Positions 28,986 to 39,057 of a stretch of 64,000 nt of DNA are shown piece by piece. Source of the stretch: Bryobacterales bacterium (GTDB taxonomy: Bacteria > Acidobacteriota > Terriglobia > Bryobacterales > UBA6623). Positions within the stretch are counted from its first letter, which is position 1; each line of letters opens with the position of its first letter. The DNA is taken from assembly GCA_965226435.1 (NCBI GenBank), contig CBDDCY010000012.1:553138-617137 (forward strand), written 5' to 3'. Position numbers and translations under genes: made by a program. The notes under the pieces are model-generated. The model searched no databases, was not told the origin of the DNA, and was given only the letters and a program-made list of their open reading frames with translations.

Positions 28986-29147
28986 CTTTTACTTAAAAGG
29001 GGACATTTCTATCGCCCTACCGAGGGGGACATTTCTATCGCCTCTTGACACTCTTCGCGCCGGCCGCTTGTGTCCGGCTTCACCGGGGGTTACACTGAAC
29101 CGCGAATCGAACAATCGACGGGCGGCGGCATTTAGGCCCGTCTCTGT

Positions 29148-31598
29148 ATGGGGCTCCGCATGATCATCGACGTTGAAGATTTCCGCCATCATTTGCAGTC
29201 GGCCTATGCCGAATCCGACACTTACGCACCGTTAGAGCGGTTTCTCGCCGGCGTGGATGACCCGCGTCCACTCCGAAAGCGACGAGTCTTACGGCTCGGC
29301 AACAACGTGGCCGAGGCCGTCGAGGCCCTGCTGACTCCCACGGACGGCCAAGCACGACCCGATCCCTTGACCGCCATGGCCGAGGAGGTCGAAACCCTTT
29401 ATCAGAAAGCCGGCGTGAAAGAACGCTTCCAAGAAACCCTATCGGCGTGGCGCCAAACCGCCCAACCGGCTACCCAAGGGACCCCGTCGTCAAAGAACGT
29501 TATTCGCCTGCTCAAAAAGGTCGTGACCGACGCCCAAGCGGACGGCAAAATCTTGGAGGCTTTCACGGAACGCCGCCAAGACAAGACGACGCCCTTCTTG
29601 CTCGACGATTGCCTTCGCCGCACTCGCCTGTCAACGGAAAAAGCCTCCGTGGTGCGGCAAGCCATTGTGTTGATCTCGCAATTCAATGCCCACCTACCGT
29701 TCAAACGCGCCCGATACGCGATTGACCCTCTACAGAGGCTGCGGCTGATTGCTGACCGCGTCCCAACCATGACCGAGCGCGAATTCCACGCCGAGATGAT
29801 CGAGACTTTCAAGGAGTTACGCGACGCCCACACGTTCTATTCCCTCCCCCGGCCCTACCGCGGGCACGTCGCCTTTCTCCCTTTCCTGATGGAAGATTGC
29901 GCCGGCGAGACTCCCAAAAGTGCCCGACGCTACTTGGTGACAAAGATCCTGTCGGACTTCCCGGAATCGCCGTTCGAGCCGGGTGCCGAGGTCACGCACT
30001 GGAACGGCATGCCCATGGAAAAGGCCGTGCTCGACAATGCCGACCGCGAGCCGGGCAACAATCCCGCGTCCCGGCTGGCCCGGGGGCTGGCTCGTTCGAC
30101 GATCCGACCGCTCGCCTTTTCCCTTCCCCCCGACGAAGACTGGATCACCATCACCTATCTGCCCGCCCGCGAAGCCGAGTCCTCCGACCCGCCGCGCCCG
30201 CGCCGCATCATGCTTCCGTGGGGAGTTTGGCGAGGCCGCTCGCGCGAGCTTTTCGGCCGCGCGACGCATTCCTCGAGCGTCTGTGAATCCGTCGCGGAAA
30301 CTCACATCGCGCGCAAAGCGTTGTGGTGCGGCGACAAGAACGTCGCTGACGAAAAAGTGCGCCAATTCCGCGCGGGTCTGGAAACCAAGGGCGGCACCTT
30401 ACATGAAGCCGCCGCCGCCCAAGCGGACGAAGACGCGGATATCGATCTGTCGTCAACATCGATTTTCCCCGAAATATTTCAGTTCCGCGTCCCACTGCCT
30501 TTCTCAAACGCCGCCGGTCAACGCTTCGGATACGTCCGCATTCGCAATTTCGATCACGCGGGCGAGCATTCCGTGCCGGATTTCGTGGAGGAGTTTCGCC
30601 GTATTCTCACCATGGCCGCTCGGCTCGCGCCCGATGGGCTGATCGTCGATATTCGCGGCAATCCGGGCGGCTCGGTCCCCGCCGCCGAGCGGATTCTCCA
30701 GATGTTGACGCCTGGAACCGTCACCCCCGAGCGCTTCCACTGCATCAATACCCCCCTCATGCGGCGCATCGCGACAAAGGGTCCCCTCGATTTCATGGAT
30801 ATGCGTTTCGAGTTCGGTCGCGTCCTTTCCAACGGAAAACACCTGACTCGGCCCGATCAGGCTAACGACGTGGGGCAGGTCTATCACGGCCCCTCGGTGC
30901 TGATTACCGACGCCCTGTGCTACAGCGCCGCCGACATTTTCGCCGCCGGGTTCCAAGACCACGCCATCGGTCCGGTCATCGGAGTCGACACCAACACGGG
31001 CGCCGGCGGGGCGAACCGATGGATGCACCACGAACTCGTGAGCCGCTTGCGGAACCTTTCTCCCAATCCGCTCGAGCCCCTACCCGAAGGCACCGCGATG
31101 GGCGTGGCTCTGCGGCGCTCGCTGCGAGTGGGACGCCAAGCCGGCGAGCCGATCGAGGACGTCGGCGTCATGCCCGAAATCGTCTGTCCGCTGACCGCAA
31201 CCGACCTGCTCGAAGGAAACAGCGACTTGATCAATTTCGCTTGCGAAAACCTGGCCGGCCGACCGTCCTACCGGCTCGGCATCGAAGAAATTCTGGGCCG
31301 AATTCGCGCCGCGGGTTCCAAGGATTCGAAGCTCCGCTTGACCGTGGCCACGCGCGGCGTTACGCGGCTTGAGGCCCATATTCACGACCGCCCTCAGATC
31401 GCGGTTTCCGTGGACCCCGGCGAGTCGACGACAACGTTGGACGTCCCCCTGCCGAGCGAATTCACGCCGTTCAGCCTAGAGCTGAAAGGCTTCCTGTTTC
31501 AGAACTCGGAATGGGTCCTGGTCGCGTCGAGAAAACGAGAACTTACCACGGCGGATCGACGGATCCGCCCGCGGGCCGCCTCGGCGGCGGGCGCTTGA
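29148..31598 (+). CDS. S41-family (tail-specific/tricorn-core-like) serine peptidase with a long N-terminal extension
   Basis: IVDIRGNPGGS (nucleophile region) and LITDALCYSAADIFAAGFQD. The first ~450 aa are an uncharacterised region. Confidence 0.6.
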   Translation: MGLRMIIDVEDFRHHLQSAYAESDTYAPLERFLAGVDDPRPLRKRRVLRLGNNVAEAVEALLTPTDGQARPDPLTAMAEEVETLYQKAGVKERFQETLSAWRQTAQPATQGTPSSKNVIRLLKKVVTDAQADGKILEAFTERRQDKTTPFLLDDCLRRTRLSTEKASVVRQAIVLISQFNAHLPFKRARYAIDPLQRLRLIADRVPTMTEREFHAEMIETFKELRDAHTFYSLPRPYRGHVAFLPFLMEDCAGETPKSARRYLVTKILSDFPESPFEPGAEVTHWNGMPMEKAVLDNADREPGNNPASRLARGLARSTIRPLAFSLPPDEDWITITYLPAREAESSDPPRPRRIMLPWGVWRGRSRELFGRATHSSSVCESVAETHIARKALWCGDKNVADEKVRQFRAGLETKGGTLHEAAAAQADEDADIDLSSTSIFPEIFQFRVPLPFSNAAGQRFGYVRIRNFDHAGEHSVPDFVEEFRRILTMAARLAPDGLIVDIRGNPGGSVPAAERILQMLTPGTVTPERFHCINTPLMRRIATKGPLDFMDMRFEFGRVLSNGKHLTRPDQANDVGQVYHGPSVLITDALCYSAADIFAAGFQDHAIGPVIGVDTNTGAGGANRWMHHELVSRLRNLSPNPLEPLPEGTAMGVALRRSLRVGRQAGEPIEDVGVMPEIVCPLTATDLLEGNSDLINFACENLAGRPSYRLGIEEILGRIRAAGSKDSKLRLTVATRGVTRLEAHIHDRPQIAVSVDPGESTTTLDVPLPSEFTPFSLELKGFLFQNSEWVLVASRKRELTTADRRIRPRAASAAGA

Positions 31599-31646
31599 GA
31601 AGCACTGATTCCCAAAGGCGTAAGTCCTGACGTCACCCACCAAACA

Positions 31647-32747
31647 TTAGGCCCCGGCCGCCTTTGCGGCCCCCGCCTTGGCCAGGGCGTCGAGGATGTG
31701 TTGCACCGTCGCCTGAATACCGCCGCTGGCGGGGTCTTCGAGGCCGAAGCGCGGTTGCACGGCATCGTAGGCCGCCAATCGGTCGGCCAAGTGCGCGGCC
31801 AAAGTCTCGCTGTCGAGCTCGGCGGCCTTGGCCGTGATATTGTTGTCGAGCTTCACGCTGCGCATGTCATCAATGCGGTTGAGCCCGTGCGTGACGGTCA
31901 CCGAGGGAATCCCCAGCGCGGCCAATTCCAGAACCAGATTGCGGTTGCCTTTCGTAATTGCCACGTCGGTCGCGGCCATCAGCAGCGCGCCGCGGGGATC
32001 TTCGTTGAGAATCATCACGTCGCTTCGATCCGCCGTTCGTTCGACCATGGCCTCATAATCTTCCGACGTGTTGATGACTAACAATTTGTTCGGCGCGTCC
32101 AGCGCGTCGAAAGCCGGCATTAGCAAATCGAAGATCGGCGCAACCTCTTCCGAGCGTCGCCCGGGATAGATCAACATCGCCACGACCGTTGCGTCCTGGG
32201 CGATGCCGAGTTCTCCGCGAGCCTTGGCGCGGTCGGCACGCGTGTAGTCGAATTCCGGCAAGACCGGCCCAACGTAGGTCACTTTGCCTTGCAGTTCCGG
32301 GGGCTCCTCGAATACACCCGCCTCGTCGATAAACACTACCTGATCGGTGAATTTGATCATCTGCATCGCGGGCTGCCAACCTTCCGAAAACCAATCGGTA
32401 ATGAAAAGCGTGGGGGCGCCGAAGATCCGCGCCGCCGTGATCGCCGAAAATTCTTCGTGCGAAACCACCAGATCCGGCTCCATCGAACCAATCAGTTGCG
32501 CCGACATGATGAGCGTCTCGTAAATGGGATTGCGCTCGGGAAGCTCGATATCAAAAGGCTTGTAGCCCAATTCGATCAACGTCTTCGCGCCGGTCGAGTA
32601 CGAGATGAACTGAATATCGATATCGTCACGCCGCGCAAGAATCTCGTCGGCGATTTGCGCGTCGGGAATGGCGTGCCCTCTCCCGCGCCCACGCGAAAAA
32701 AAGAGAATCTTCTTTTTTTGGGGATCAAACTGGGGAACGTCCGACAT
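31647..32747 (-). CDS. GT-B fold glycosyltransferase (MurG/MGT-like)
   Basis: N-terminal KILFFSRGRGRGHAIPD Gly-rich loop. 366 aa. A two-domain pattern typical of GT1/GT28. Confidence 0.5.
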   Translation of the reverse strand: MSDVPQFDPQKKKILFFSRGRGRGHAIPDAQIADEILARRDDIDIQFISYSTGAKTLIELGYKPFDIELPERNPIYETLIMSAQLIGSMEPDLVVSHEEFSAITAARIFGAPTLFITDWFSEGWQPAMQMIKFTDQVVFIDEAGVFEEPPELQGKVTYVGPVLPEFDYTRADRAKARGELGIAQDATVVAMLIYPGRRSEEVAPIFDLLMPAFDALDAPNKLLVINTSEDYEAMVERTADRSDVMILNEDPRGALLMAATDVAITKGNRNLVLELAALGIPSVTVTHGLNRIDDMRSVKLDNNITAKAAELDSETLAAHLADRLAAYDAVQPRFGLEDPASGGIQATVQHILDALAKAGAAKAAGA

Positions 32748-32989
32748 GTCCCGAGAATCTCAGAACGGCGCACCCACTCGCAACACCCTCCAAGGACCAG
32801 AATCAGAGCCCCGAGCGCAAGCGACGGGCCAAGGGCACGAAGCCGCCAGGCACTACTGAACCGCGTTTCCCCGAACTGTCGCGCATTCGGGATAGTCTTG
32901 GTTCTACTCGAAACCGTTGCGCCCCGGCCCGTCGCTTGCGCTCTGGGCGCTGATTCTGCCTTATGAATACAGCGCCTCGCGGCGGCCGG

Positions 32990-34492
32990 CTACCGCAAGC
33001 TTCGCAGCAGCTTCGATGCCGCCTCGATAATTTCGCCCGCCGCCTTGGGGCCGTAGGGAGTCCGTTCGACCTCATAACCGCCGAAAGCGAATTCCTCGGA
33101 AGTGGGAACATAGTCGCCCCCCGCTCCGTCCGAGTAGCCGCAAAACATCGTAACCGCGAAGGGCGAGGCCTTACGCACAGCCACCCCAATCTCGGCGAAA
33201 GGCTCGCCCGGCATGGCCACGATCGCCAGTTCGCCGATCCGCAAAGCCTGCACTTCGACGACGACCGGAGAGGGATCGACGGCCCTTCGTCGTTGCGCCA
33301 ACAAGTCGGCGAAGCGCCGAACGCGTGCCTTGACCTGATGCCGCTCCCAGGGTTCAGCCGTGCTTCCCAGCGACGTCAATTGGCCTTCGGCTCGGCGCAG
33401 GCGTTCCTCCATGCCCCGGACTTCCTCGTCCGAGTAAGTACGCCGCGGAACTTCCACCTTGACCTCGGCGAATCGAAGACCCGCCGGGCGCGGCCCCTTG
33501 ACACGCCAGTGCTGTTTGGCTTGGTAGGCCGTCGATTCGACGAACCCTTCAAACGTTGGTTCGCGGCGAACGGTTTCGATCTTATGAGCGATGGCGGCGA
33601 CTTCATGTCCCAGGATCTTGCCCAACCGATGGGCCACCCCGAGATCGCCGCTGAAGCCTTCGATCGGCCCTTGGTTTCCCGCCGCGCCTTGAAAGAAAAG
33701 GCAGAGAGCACCGGGCATGGCGTCCTCAACGGTTGTGCGCACGGTCCCGACAAAGTCGGGCGAGATGAACTTGTTCTCGTAAGCCAGCACGGTCCCGTGG
33801 CAAGGGTAGTTGGCCAACACGGCGAGCGGATTGCCGCGGGCGTCGTCAATTCGAAAGACGACCAACTCGCGGTCGTTGAAACCGGCCGGGTTGCGCCCGA
33901 CCGCGGGCGGATTCCCGTCACGCGCGCGGACGCGGCGGTTGATATTGATCGACCCGGTTCCCCTCCCCGCGTGCATGTGAGCCGGTTGCAATCGACGGTC
34001 GGCTTCGACGATGGCGCCGACGACCTTGTCGATGATCTGTAGACGATACCGCTCCGCCATCTCGACCAGAGGAGACAGGTCCAGCCCCGCCGGGCCCTTC
34101 GCTCCGTTCACGAGCACGCCCGCGTGCGTGTGCGTCGCGGCCAGTCGAATATTCGTCGCGGGAATGCCGGTCAGCTTCGAGGCTCGTTCGATAGCCGGTT
34201 CGAGCCCCTGAACGAAAATCCGGTCGATATCGACCATCGCGAATTTTTGGTCGCCGTGGGAGAGAACCAGCGCTGTCGCCTTCATGCCGATCGGGTCGTT
34301 GCCGACCGCCCGCACATGCGTCTGCGAACCCCAGTTCATTTGCGCCACGCCGACCGGGGGAGTGATGTCGGCGCGAGCGACGCCCGCCGATAGACCGGAG
34401 GGCGCGGAATCCTTGGGACCCTGTTCCACCACGTCGGACCACGCCGTCGACGACAGCGTCAGAGCAACAACAATCCAAGTGAGCAATCGCAA
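32990..34492 (-). CDS. Neutral/alkaline ceramidase-like N-terminal-domain hydrolase, secreted
   Basis: Signal peptide, then ARADITPPVGVAQMNWGSQ...ATALVLSHGDQKFAMVDIDRIFV, which resembles the ceramidase_alk N-terminal pattern. Confidence 0.5.
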   Translation of the reverse strand: MRLLTWIVVALTLSSTAWSDVVEQGPKDSAPSGLSAGVARADITPPVGVAQMNWGSQTHVRAVGNDPIGMKATALVLSHGDQKFAMVDIDRIFVQGLEPAIERASKLTGIPATNIRLAATHTHAGVLVNGAKGPAGLDLSPLVEMAERYRLQIIDKVVGAIVEADRRLQPAHMHAGRGTGSININRRVRARDGNPPAVGRNPAGFNDRELVVFRIDDARGNPLAVLANYPCHGTVLAYENKFISPDFVGTVRTTVEDAMPGALCLFFQGAAGNQGPIEGFSGDLGVAHRLGKILGHEVAAIAHKIETVRREPTFEGFVESTAYQAKQHWRVKGPRPAGLRFAEVKVEVPRRTYSDEEVRGMEERLRRAEGQLTSLGSTAEPWERHQVKARVRRFADLLAQRRRAVDPSPVVVEVQALRIGELAIVAMPGEPFAEIGVAVRKASPFAVTMFCGYSDGAGGDYVPTSEEFAFGGYEVERTPYGPKAAGEIIEAASKLLRSLR

Positions 34493-34533
34493 AAGGTCAC
34501 CTCCTATCGCGGCGTCAAGGCCGGCCGCCTCGT

Positions 34534-35037
34534 CTAACCGAACGGGCTTTCGTCGGCGCTGGGCCCGTAGACTGGCGGCACCGGGACGTTCAGCAGCCGC
34601 AAATAAACGGTGAGTTGACCGCGGTGGTGATACCAGTGATTGAACATGAGGGAGCGAATGACGGTCACTCGCGGCATCGCCATCAATTGCTTGCCGTCCA
34701 TCGTGAGCGTCCAGGTGGCCATCGCGGACTCGTCGTCCAGCAACGCCAGGTACTCTTTCGCCTTGGCAACGCTACTGACCGCGGCGTCAAGTATCTCCCG
34801 CACCGAACCGAGCACCAGGGGCTTAAAGGATTCGGGAGTGAGCTTCATCTCTTCGGGGGATATAAAGTCAGCGACATCTCCGGTGACCATCGCCGTGTGA
34901 GTCGCCAACCGGGCCAGCGACATGGATTTCTCGTGCGGCTTCCAGGTCAACTTGTCTTCAGGGACGCGTTCGAGCACGCGACGCGTGGTGGCAGCTTCTT
35001 TTTCAAGCTCAGGTAGGAAGCTTTCCGCGATAGACAT
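34534..35037 (-). CDS. DinB-family (four-helix bundle, metal-binding) protein
   Basis: 167 aa. LARLATHTA... and HWYHHRGQLTVYLR His motifs typical of DinB_2. Confidence 0.7.
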   Translation of the reverse strand: MSIAESFLPELEKEAATTRRVLERVPEDKLTWKPHEKSMSLARLATHTAMVTGDVADFISPEEMKLTPESFKPLVLGSVREILDAAVSSVAKAKEYLALLDDESAMATWTLTMDGKQLMAMPRVTVIRSLMFNHWYHHRGQLTVYLRLLNVPVPPVYGPSADESPFG

Positions 35038-35165
35038 AGGAGCGGCTCCTTAAGGACAACGGATTAGATCGCACGGATATTGTATCAGCCCGCCAAGGTG
35101 CGTTTGTTCGCGCGGAGCCGAGAAGGTACGAAGGAGAATAAAGCTCCGAGCGCCGTCAACGTCGA

Positions 35166-36383
35166 TCACGCAAGCTTCAACTGATTCGCCCGAATCTTGT
35201 CTTCGGGGACGTGAATCCCCAGGCCCGGAGCGTCGGGGACCTTCACCGTCACCCCGTCCATTTCGATGCCGTCCACCATCATGTCGGTCAGGAATTGGGG
35301 ACCGTTCAACTCCGGCGGCAGCAGCAAATCAAGAACGGAATAGAGGTGAATCGACGCCATGAAGCTGACCCCGGCGTCGGTCAACCCGCTCCCCAACAGC
35401 CCAAGGCCGTTCGCCTCGGCCACGACGGCGCTTTTCGCGCAGTTGGTCACGCCCGCGCTCTTGGAAACTTTCAAAACGACCAGGTCGGCCGCGTCGAGCC
35501 GCGCCATACGCGCCACGTCAAACGACGAAAAACACCCCTCGTCGATGGCAATCGGGTAAGGGCTTTTCTCGCGGGCCCGCCGCATTCCCAGCCAGTCTTC
35601 GCTGCGAACCGGCTGCTCAAAGCAGCGAATATTCTTGAAACGCGGCAGGGCGGTGAAAAACCGATCCAGCTCGATCGGTTGATACGACTGATTGGCGTCG
35701 AGCCAGATCACAGCGTCCGGGCGAGCCTCCGAAATCGCATCCAGCCGGTCGAGGTCCTTGTCGGTGTCGCCGGAAACCTTCACCTTGAAACACTTACACG
35801 CAGGCCAACGCTTGACTTCTTCCCCCATCGCATCAGGCTCGGCGATGCTCACCGCATAGCAGAGATCGATCGTGTCATGAACCTTGCCTCCCAGCAAAGC
35901 GTGTACCGGCTGTCCCGCGATCTTCCCGGCTAGGTCAAGAAACGCGATTTCCAGAGCGCTCTTGGCGAAAGGCGCGCCGTTACTCACCGCCGGGCGTATC
36001 TTGATGTCCATCTCATTCTTGAGCGCGTTCAATTGAAACGGCGTCTTCCCCACCGCTAAGGGAACCAAATAGTGCCGCAGAGTGGCCGTCACGGCTTCGA
36101 CCGTTTCATAGCTCCAATTGGGAATCGTATTGGTCGCCCCCCAGCCCACCTGCCCGTCTTCCGTCTCGGCGCGGACGAACACATGTTTGCCCGGAACACC
36201 TTTGCCCCCAACATTGCCCACCCCGATATTGAAGGCCGAACGGAACTCGACTGCGGTCGGCAAGACTTCCACTTTTCGAATACGATGTCGTTTTTCGCTC
36301 GCGGCCGGAACCGCCGCGGCACCTGCGGGAGCAAGAGCGGCGGCGGCGAAGGTTTGCGCGAATCGGCGTCGGTTGGTGTTCAT
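35166..36383 (-). CDS. Enolase-superfamily enzyme (mandelate racemase/muconate lactonizing/dipeptide epimerase-like) with a Tat-type signal
   Basis: KVKVSG (KxK), WLDANQ, FEQP and AIDEG metal/base motifs. The N-terminus MNTNRRRFAQTFAAAALAPAGAAA has a twin-arginine motif. Start at 36383. Confidence 0.7.
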   Translation of the reverse strand: MNTNRRRFAQTFAAAALAPAGAAAVPAASEKRHRIRKVEVLPTAVEFRSAFNIGVGNVGGKGVPGKHVFVRAETEDGQVGWGATNTIPNWSYETVEAVTATLRHYLVPLAVGKTPFQLNALKNEMDIKIRPAVSNGAPFAKSALEIAFLDLAGKIAGQPVHALLGGKVHDTIDLCYAVSIAEPDAMGEEVKRWPACKCFKVKVSGDTDKDLDRLDAISEARPDAVIWLDANQSYQPIELDRFFTALPRFKNIRCFEQPVRSEDWLGMRRAREKSPYPIAIDEGCFSSFDVARMARLDAADLVVLKVSKSAGVTNCAKSAVVAEANGLGLLGSGLTDAGVSFMASIHLYSVLDLLLPPELNGPQFLTDMMVDGIEMDGVTVKVPDAPGLGIHVPEDKIRANQLKLA

Positions 36384-36519
36384 GCAGGCATCCTCTCGCG
36401 GGTAGCGTCCCACAAGAGAGGATACTACGCGAGGCCGAGGTCGATCAAAGTAACCCCCGCGAAACCAGAGACGGATCAAAGCCGCGGCGGACACCGCGAA
36501 AGGGAGAGGAAAGCGGAAC

Positions 36520-37407
36520 CTAATCTTGGATGCGCGTAAAAATGGTCCGAGCCGAGGCTCCGGGCATGTGGGAAAGAACCGGCATCGCCGTCGCGGTGGC
36601 CACTGCCGCGGCAGGCGGACGGGGAGGCGCCACGATCTCCATCCCCGAAGGTGTAAGCACGACGCGCCGCACCTGACCGCGTTCGCCGATCGGCGGTTGA
36701 ACCCTGCCGTTTAGAACTATGGCCACCCCACCGGCGTTTCCAACCAATAATTGCACCGATTCGCTGGCGGCGATGTTGCGCTTCTCGCCCACCCGCAACG
36801 TGCGTTCAAAAACGCGACGACCGTCGGCGACGGCGCGAATCCAAACGGTGTCGACGATCTCGATACCGACGCGCACCGGCTCCGTGCCGACCTCCTCAGG
36901 CGCGGCGGTCGCGGCGAGGGTTTCAGTAGCGTTGTCTTCCGCGCCCGCCGTCAACTGCGGCGTCTCGCCCGGCGAGGACCCCAAACTCTCGGGCCAAATC
37001 GAGTACAGGGTTAGACCGACGGTAAACAGCAGACACGCAACGCCCACCGTGGAGAGAAGACCTCGATTGCGGCGACAAAACTCCGTGAATTCTTCCGCTA
37101 AACGCGCCGCCACAAGCTGACGAGTGTTGGTCGCCGCCGCCACTCCGAAGTGTTCCTCGAGTTTCAGTTCAAAAGGCGGGCAGACTTTTTGGAAGGCTGC
37201 GACGGTTTCCTCGGGGTCCAACGCAACCGCCGTCGCGTATTGGCGGACGAAGTTTACTTTGAACACTCCGCCCGGAAGTGCATGGAACTCCTCACGTTCG
37301 ATCGCTTTGAGAAATCGAACACCAATATTGGTCGCCCGGGAGATCTGCTCCAGCGTGACACCCCGTGCTAACCGCTCTGCCCTAAGGTTTTTGCCGAACC
37401 CAGACAT
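36520..37407 (-). CDS. rodZ: RodZ-like HTH/transmembrane cytoskeleton-associated protein
   Basis: N-terminal XRE HTH (LRAERLARGVTLEQISRATNIGVRFLKAIE), a single TM helix, and a C-terminal DUF4115-like segment (VWIRAVADGRRVFERTL..GNAGGV). Confidence 0.65.
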   Translation of the reverse strand: MSGFGKNLRAERLARGVTLEQISRATNIGVRFLKAIEREEFHALPGGVFKVNFVRQYATAVALDPEETVAAFQKVCPPFELKLEEHFGVAAATNTRQLVAARLAEEFTEFCRRNRGLLSTVGVACLLFTVGLTLYSIWPESLGSSPGETPQLTAGAEDNATETLAATAAPEEVGTEPVRVGIEIVDTVWIRAVADGRRVFERTLRVGEKRNIAASESVQLLVGNAGGVAIVLNGRVQPPIGERGQVRRVVLTPSGMEIVAPPRPPAAAVATATAMPVLSHMPGASARTIFTRIQD

Positions 37408-37556
37408 CAGTGTCCTAGTACTGAACAGTCTCAGGGTATACTATTCTTCACCGCACCACAAGGGCCAGTCTTGTCTCATGCAAGATGAGCCTGAACGAGG
37501 AGTTTGTTTCTCACACAAGATGAGCCTGCAGGATCGGGGAGTGGGCATGCTGGGGA

Positions 37557-38802
37557 TTGACTATCCAAGTGCAAAACGCCGGCAAGTTGAATCCGCAACA
37601 GATCCGGCAGTTTCTCCACTCCAGCCAGGAGATTCGATTCAAAGGCAAAGGGCGGGCCGAGATTTACGCTTGGGTGGCGCGCACGCTTGGCCGGCACGGC
37701 TACAGCCGCCAGAACCGCGCCGACAAAGGGCTGCTGCGGCAGTATCTGGTCAAGATGACCGGACTGAGCCGGGCGCAAATCACGCGGCTGATCCAGCAGT
37801 ACCGGCAGGGCGGAGAACTCCAACCCGCCCGCTACCGGCGGCATCGCTTTGCCCGCAAGTACACGCCCGCCGACGTCGAACTGCTGGCGGCGGTGGACGA
37901 GGCCCACGAAACCCTCAGCGGCCCGGCCACGCGCAAGATCCTCGAGCGGGAATACCAGCAGTACCAGCAGCGCGAATACGAGCGGTTGGCGGGGATCTCG
38001 GTGGCCCAGATCTATCGCCTGCGGCGGCGCAGTGCCTACCGCCGGCGGCGGCTGCATTTCACCAAGACCCGGCCCACAGCGGTGTCGATCGGCGAGCGGC
38101 GCCGGCCCGACCCGCAAGGCCGACCCGGCTTTCTGCGAGTGGATACGGTGCATCAAGGGGATCGCGATGGCGTCAAGGGCGTCTACCACATCAATGCCGT
38201 GGATGAAGTCACCCAGTGGCAAGTGGTCGGCGCCACAGCCGCGATCAGTGAAGCCTGGCTGGAGCCGTTGCTGAAAGCCATGATCGAGCAGTTTCCCTTT
38301 CGTATCCGCGGCTTCCATTCCGACAACGGCAGCGAGTTCCTCAATCGCACGGTGGAGAAGTTATTGAACAAGCTGCTGATCGAACAGACCAAGTCGCGTC
38401 CGCGGCACTCCAATGACAACGGCTTGGTGGAATCGAAAAACGGCGCGGTGATCCGCAAACACATGGGATATACGCACATCGCGGCGCCGCACGCGGGGCG
38501 CATCCAGCGCTTCTACCAACAGCACTTCAATCCCTATTTGAATTTCCACCGGCCCTGCGGACAGCCCGAGATCAAGACCGACGCCAAAGGCAAGCAGAAG
38601 CGGGTGTATCGCCACTACCAGACGCCTTGGGAATCTTTCGAGCAGTTGCCCGAGGCCGCCCGGCTACCTCAAGCCAGGGCACACGCTTGAGGCTCTGGGC
38701 CGCATTGCCCAGGCGGAAAGCGACACTGCGGCGGCGCGCCGGATGCAGCGAGCCAAGCACAAGCTGTTTGCCAGTTTCCGGTCCGCGAACACGCCGTGCT
38801 GA
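37557..38802 (+). pseudogene. rve/DDE transposase with one frameshift near 38655-38661
   Basis: Core motifs RVDTVHQGD, GFHSDNGSEF and SNDNGLVESKNG. The frame-3 ORF stops at 38690, but the family-typical C-terminus (GYLKPGHTLEALGRIAQAESDTAAARRMQRAKHKLF) continues in frame 1 to the TGA at 38800-38802. Confidence 0.7.
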
Positions 38803-38811
38803 ACAGCAGGA

Positions 38812-38940
38812 AGAGGGCTGTGGAAATGGCGGGCGGTGGAAAACGAGGAAAACCAAAACCAGGTTTCCCTTCGTTTCCCACCGCCCTTGGAAATCGCTCC
38901 GCGATTCCCCCATTCCCACAACCCCGACGACGATTCTCCC
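38812..38940 (-). other. Conserved self-complementary non-coding module inside the IS (copy 2)
   Basis: It has the same three stems as 28826-28985: outer 38818-38828 with 38911-38921, hairpin 1 38838-38854 with 38862-38879, hairpin 2 38889-38897 with 38901-38909. The hairpin-1 loop is 7 nt instead of 38 nt, and the hairpin-2 loop is tcc instead of tgt. Confidence 0.55.
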
Positions 38941-39057
38941 CTTCCCAAATCAAAACCAAAAAACCAGAAAGGAGCCCCAGCTACTCAAAAAGCCCCAACC
39001 CCCGTCTTCAGGCTCATCCTTCGATGAGAAAATGCTGGGCCTCGACGGAAAAAAAAT

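Larger units (their letters stand above)
27470..29044 (+). mobile_element. ISNCY-like insertion sequence (about 1.57 kb)
   Basis: Terminal inverted repeats are each built from two ~20-bp subrepeats. Left: gggcgatgataatgtcccct + gagggcgatagaaatgtcccct (27471-27515). Right: aggggacatttctatcgccct + gggggacatttctatcgcctc (28999-29044). TTGA is present on both flanks (27466-27469 and 29045-29048). Confidence 0.8.
37474..39029 (+). mobile_element. Second rve-type insertion sequence (ISNCY/IS481-like, about 1.56 kb)
   Basis: IRs are tctcatgcaagatgagcctg (37474-37493, repeated at 37509-37528) and caggctcatccttcgatgaga (39009-39029). No clear target duplication. Confidence 0.7.

Noticed and set aside
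28774-29048. Short ORFs across the IS 3' modules (28851-29048 +, 28774-28965 -, 38836-39027 +, 38572-38919 -, 38664-38959 -).
   Set aside because: The two module copies differ by a 31-nt indel, so no reading frame is preserved. Conservation follows the stems rather than codons.
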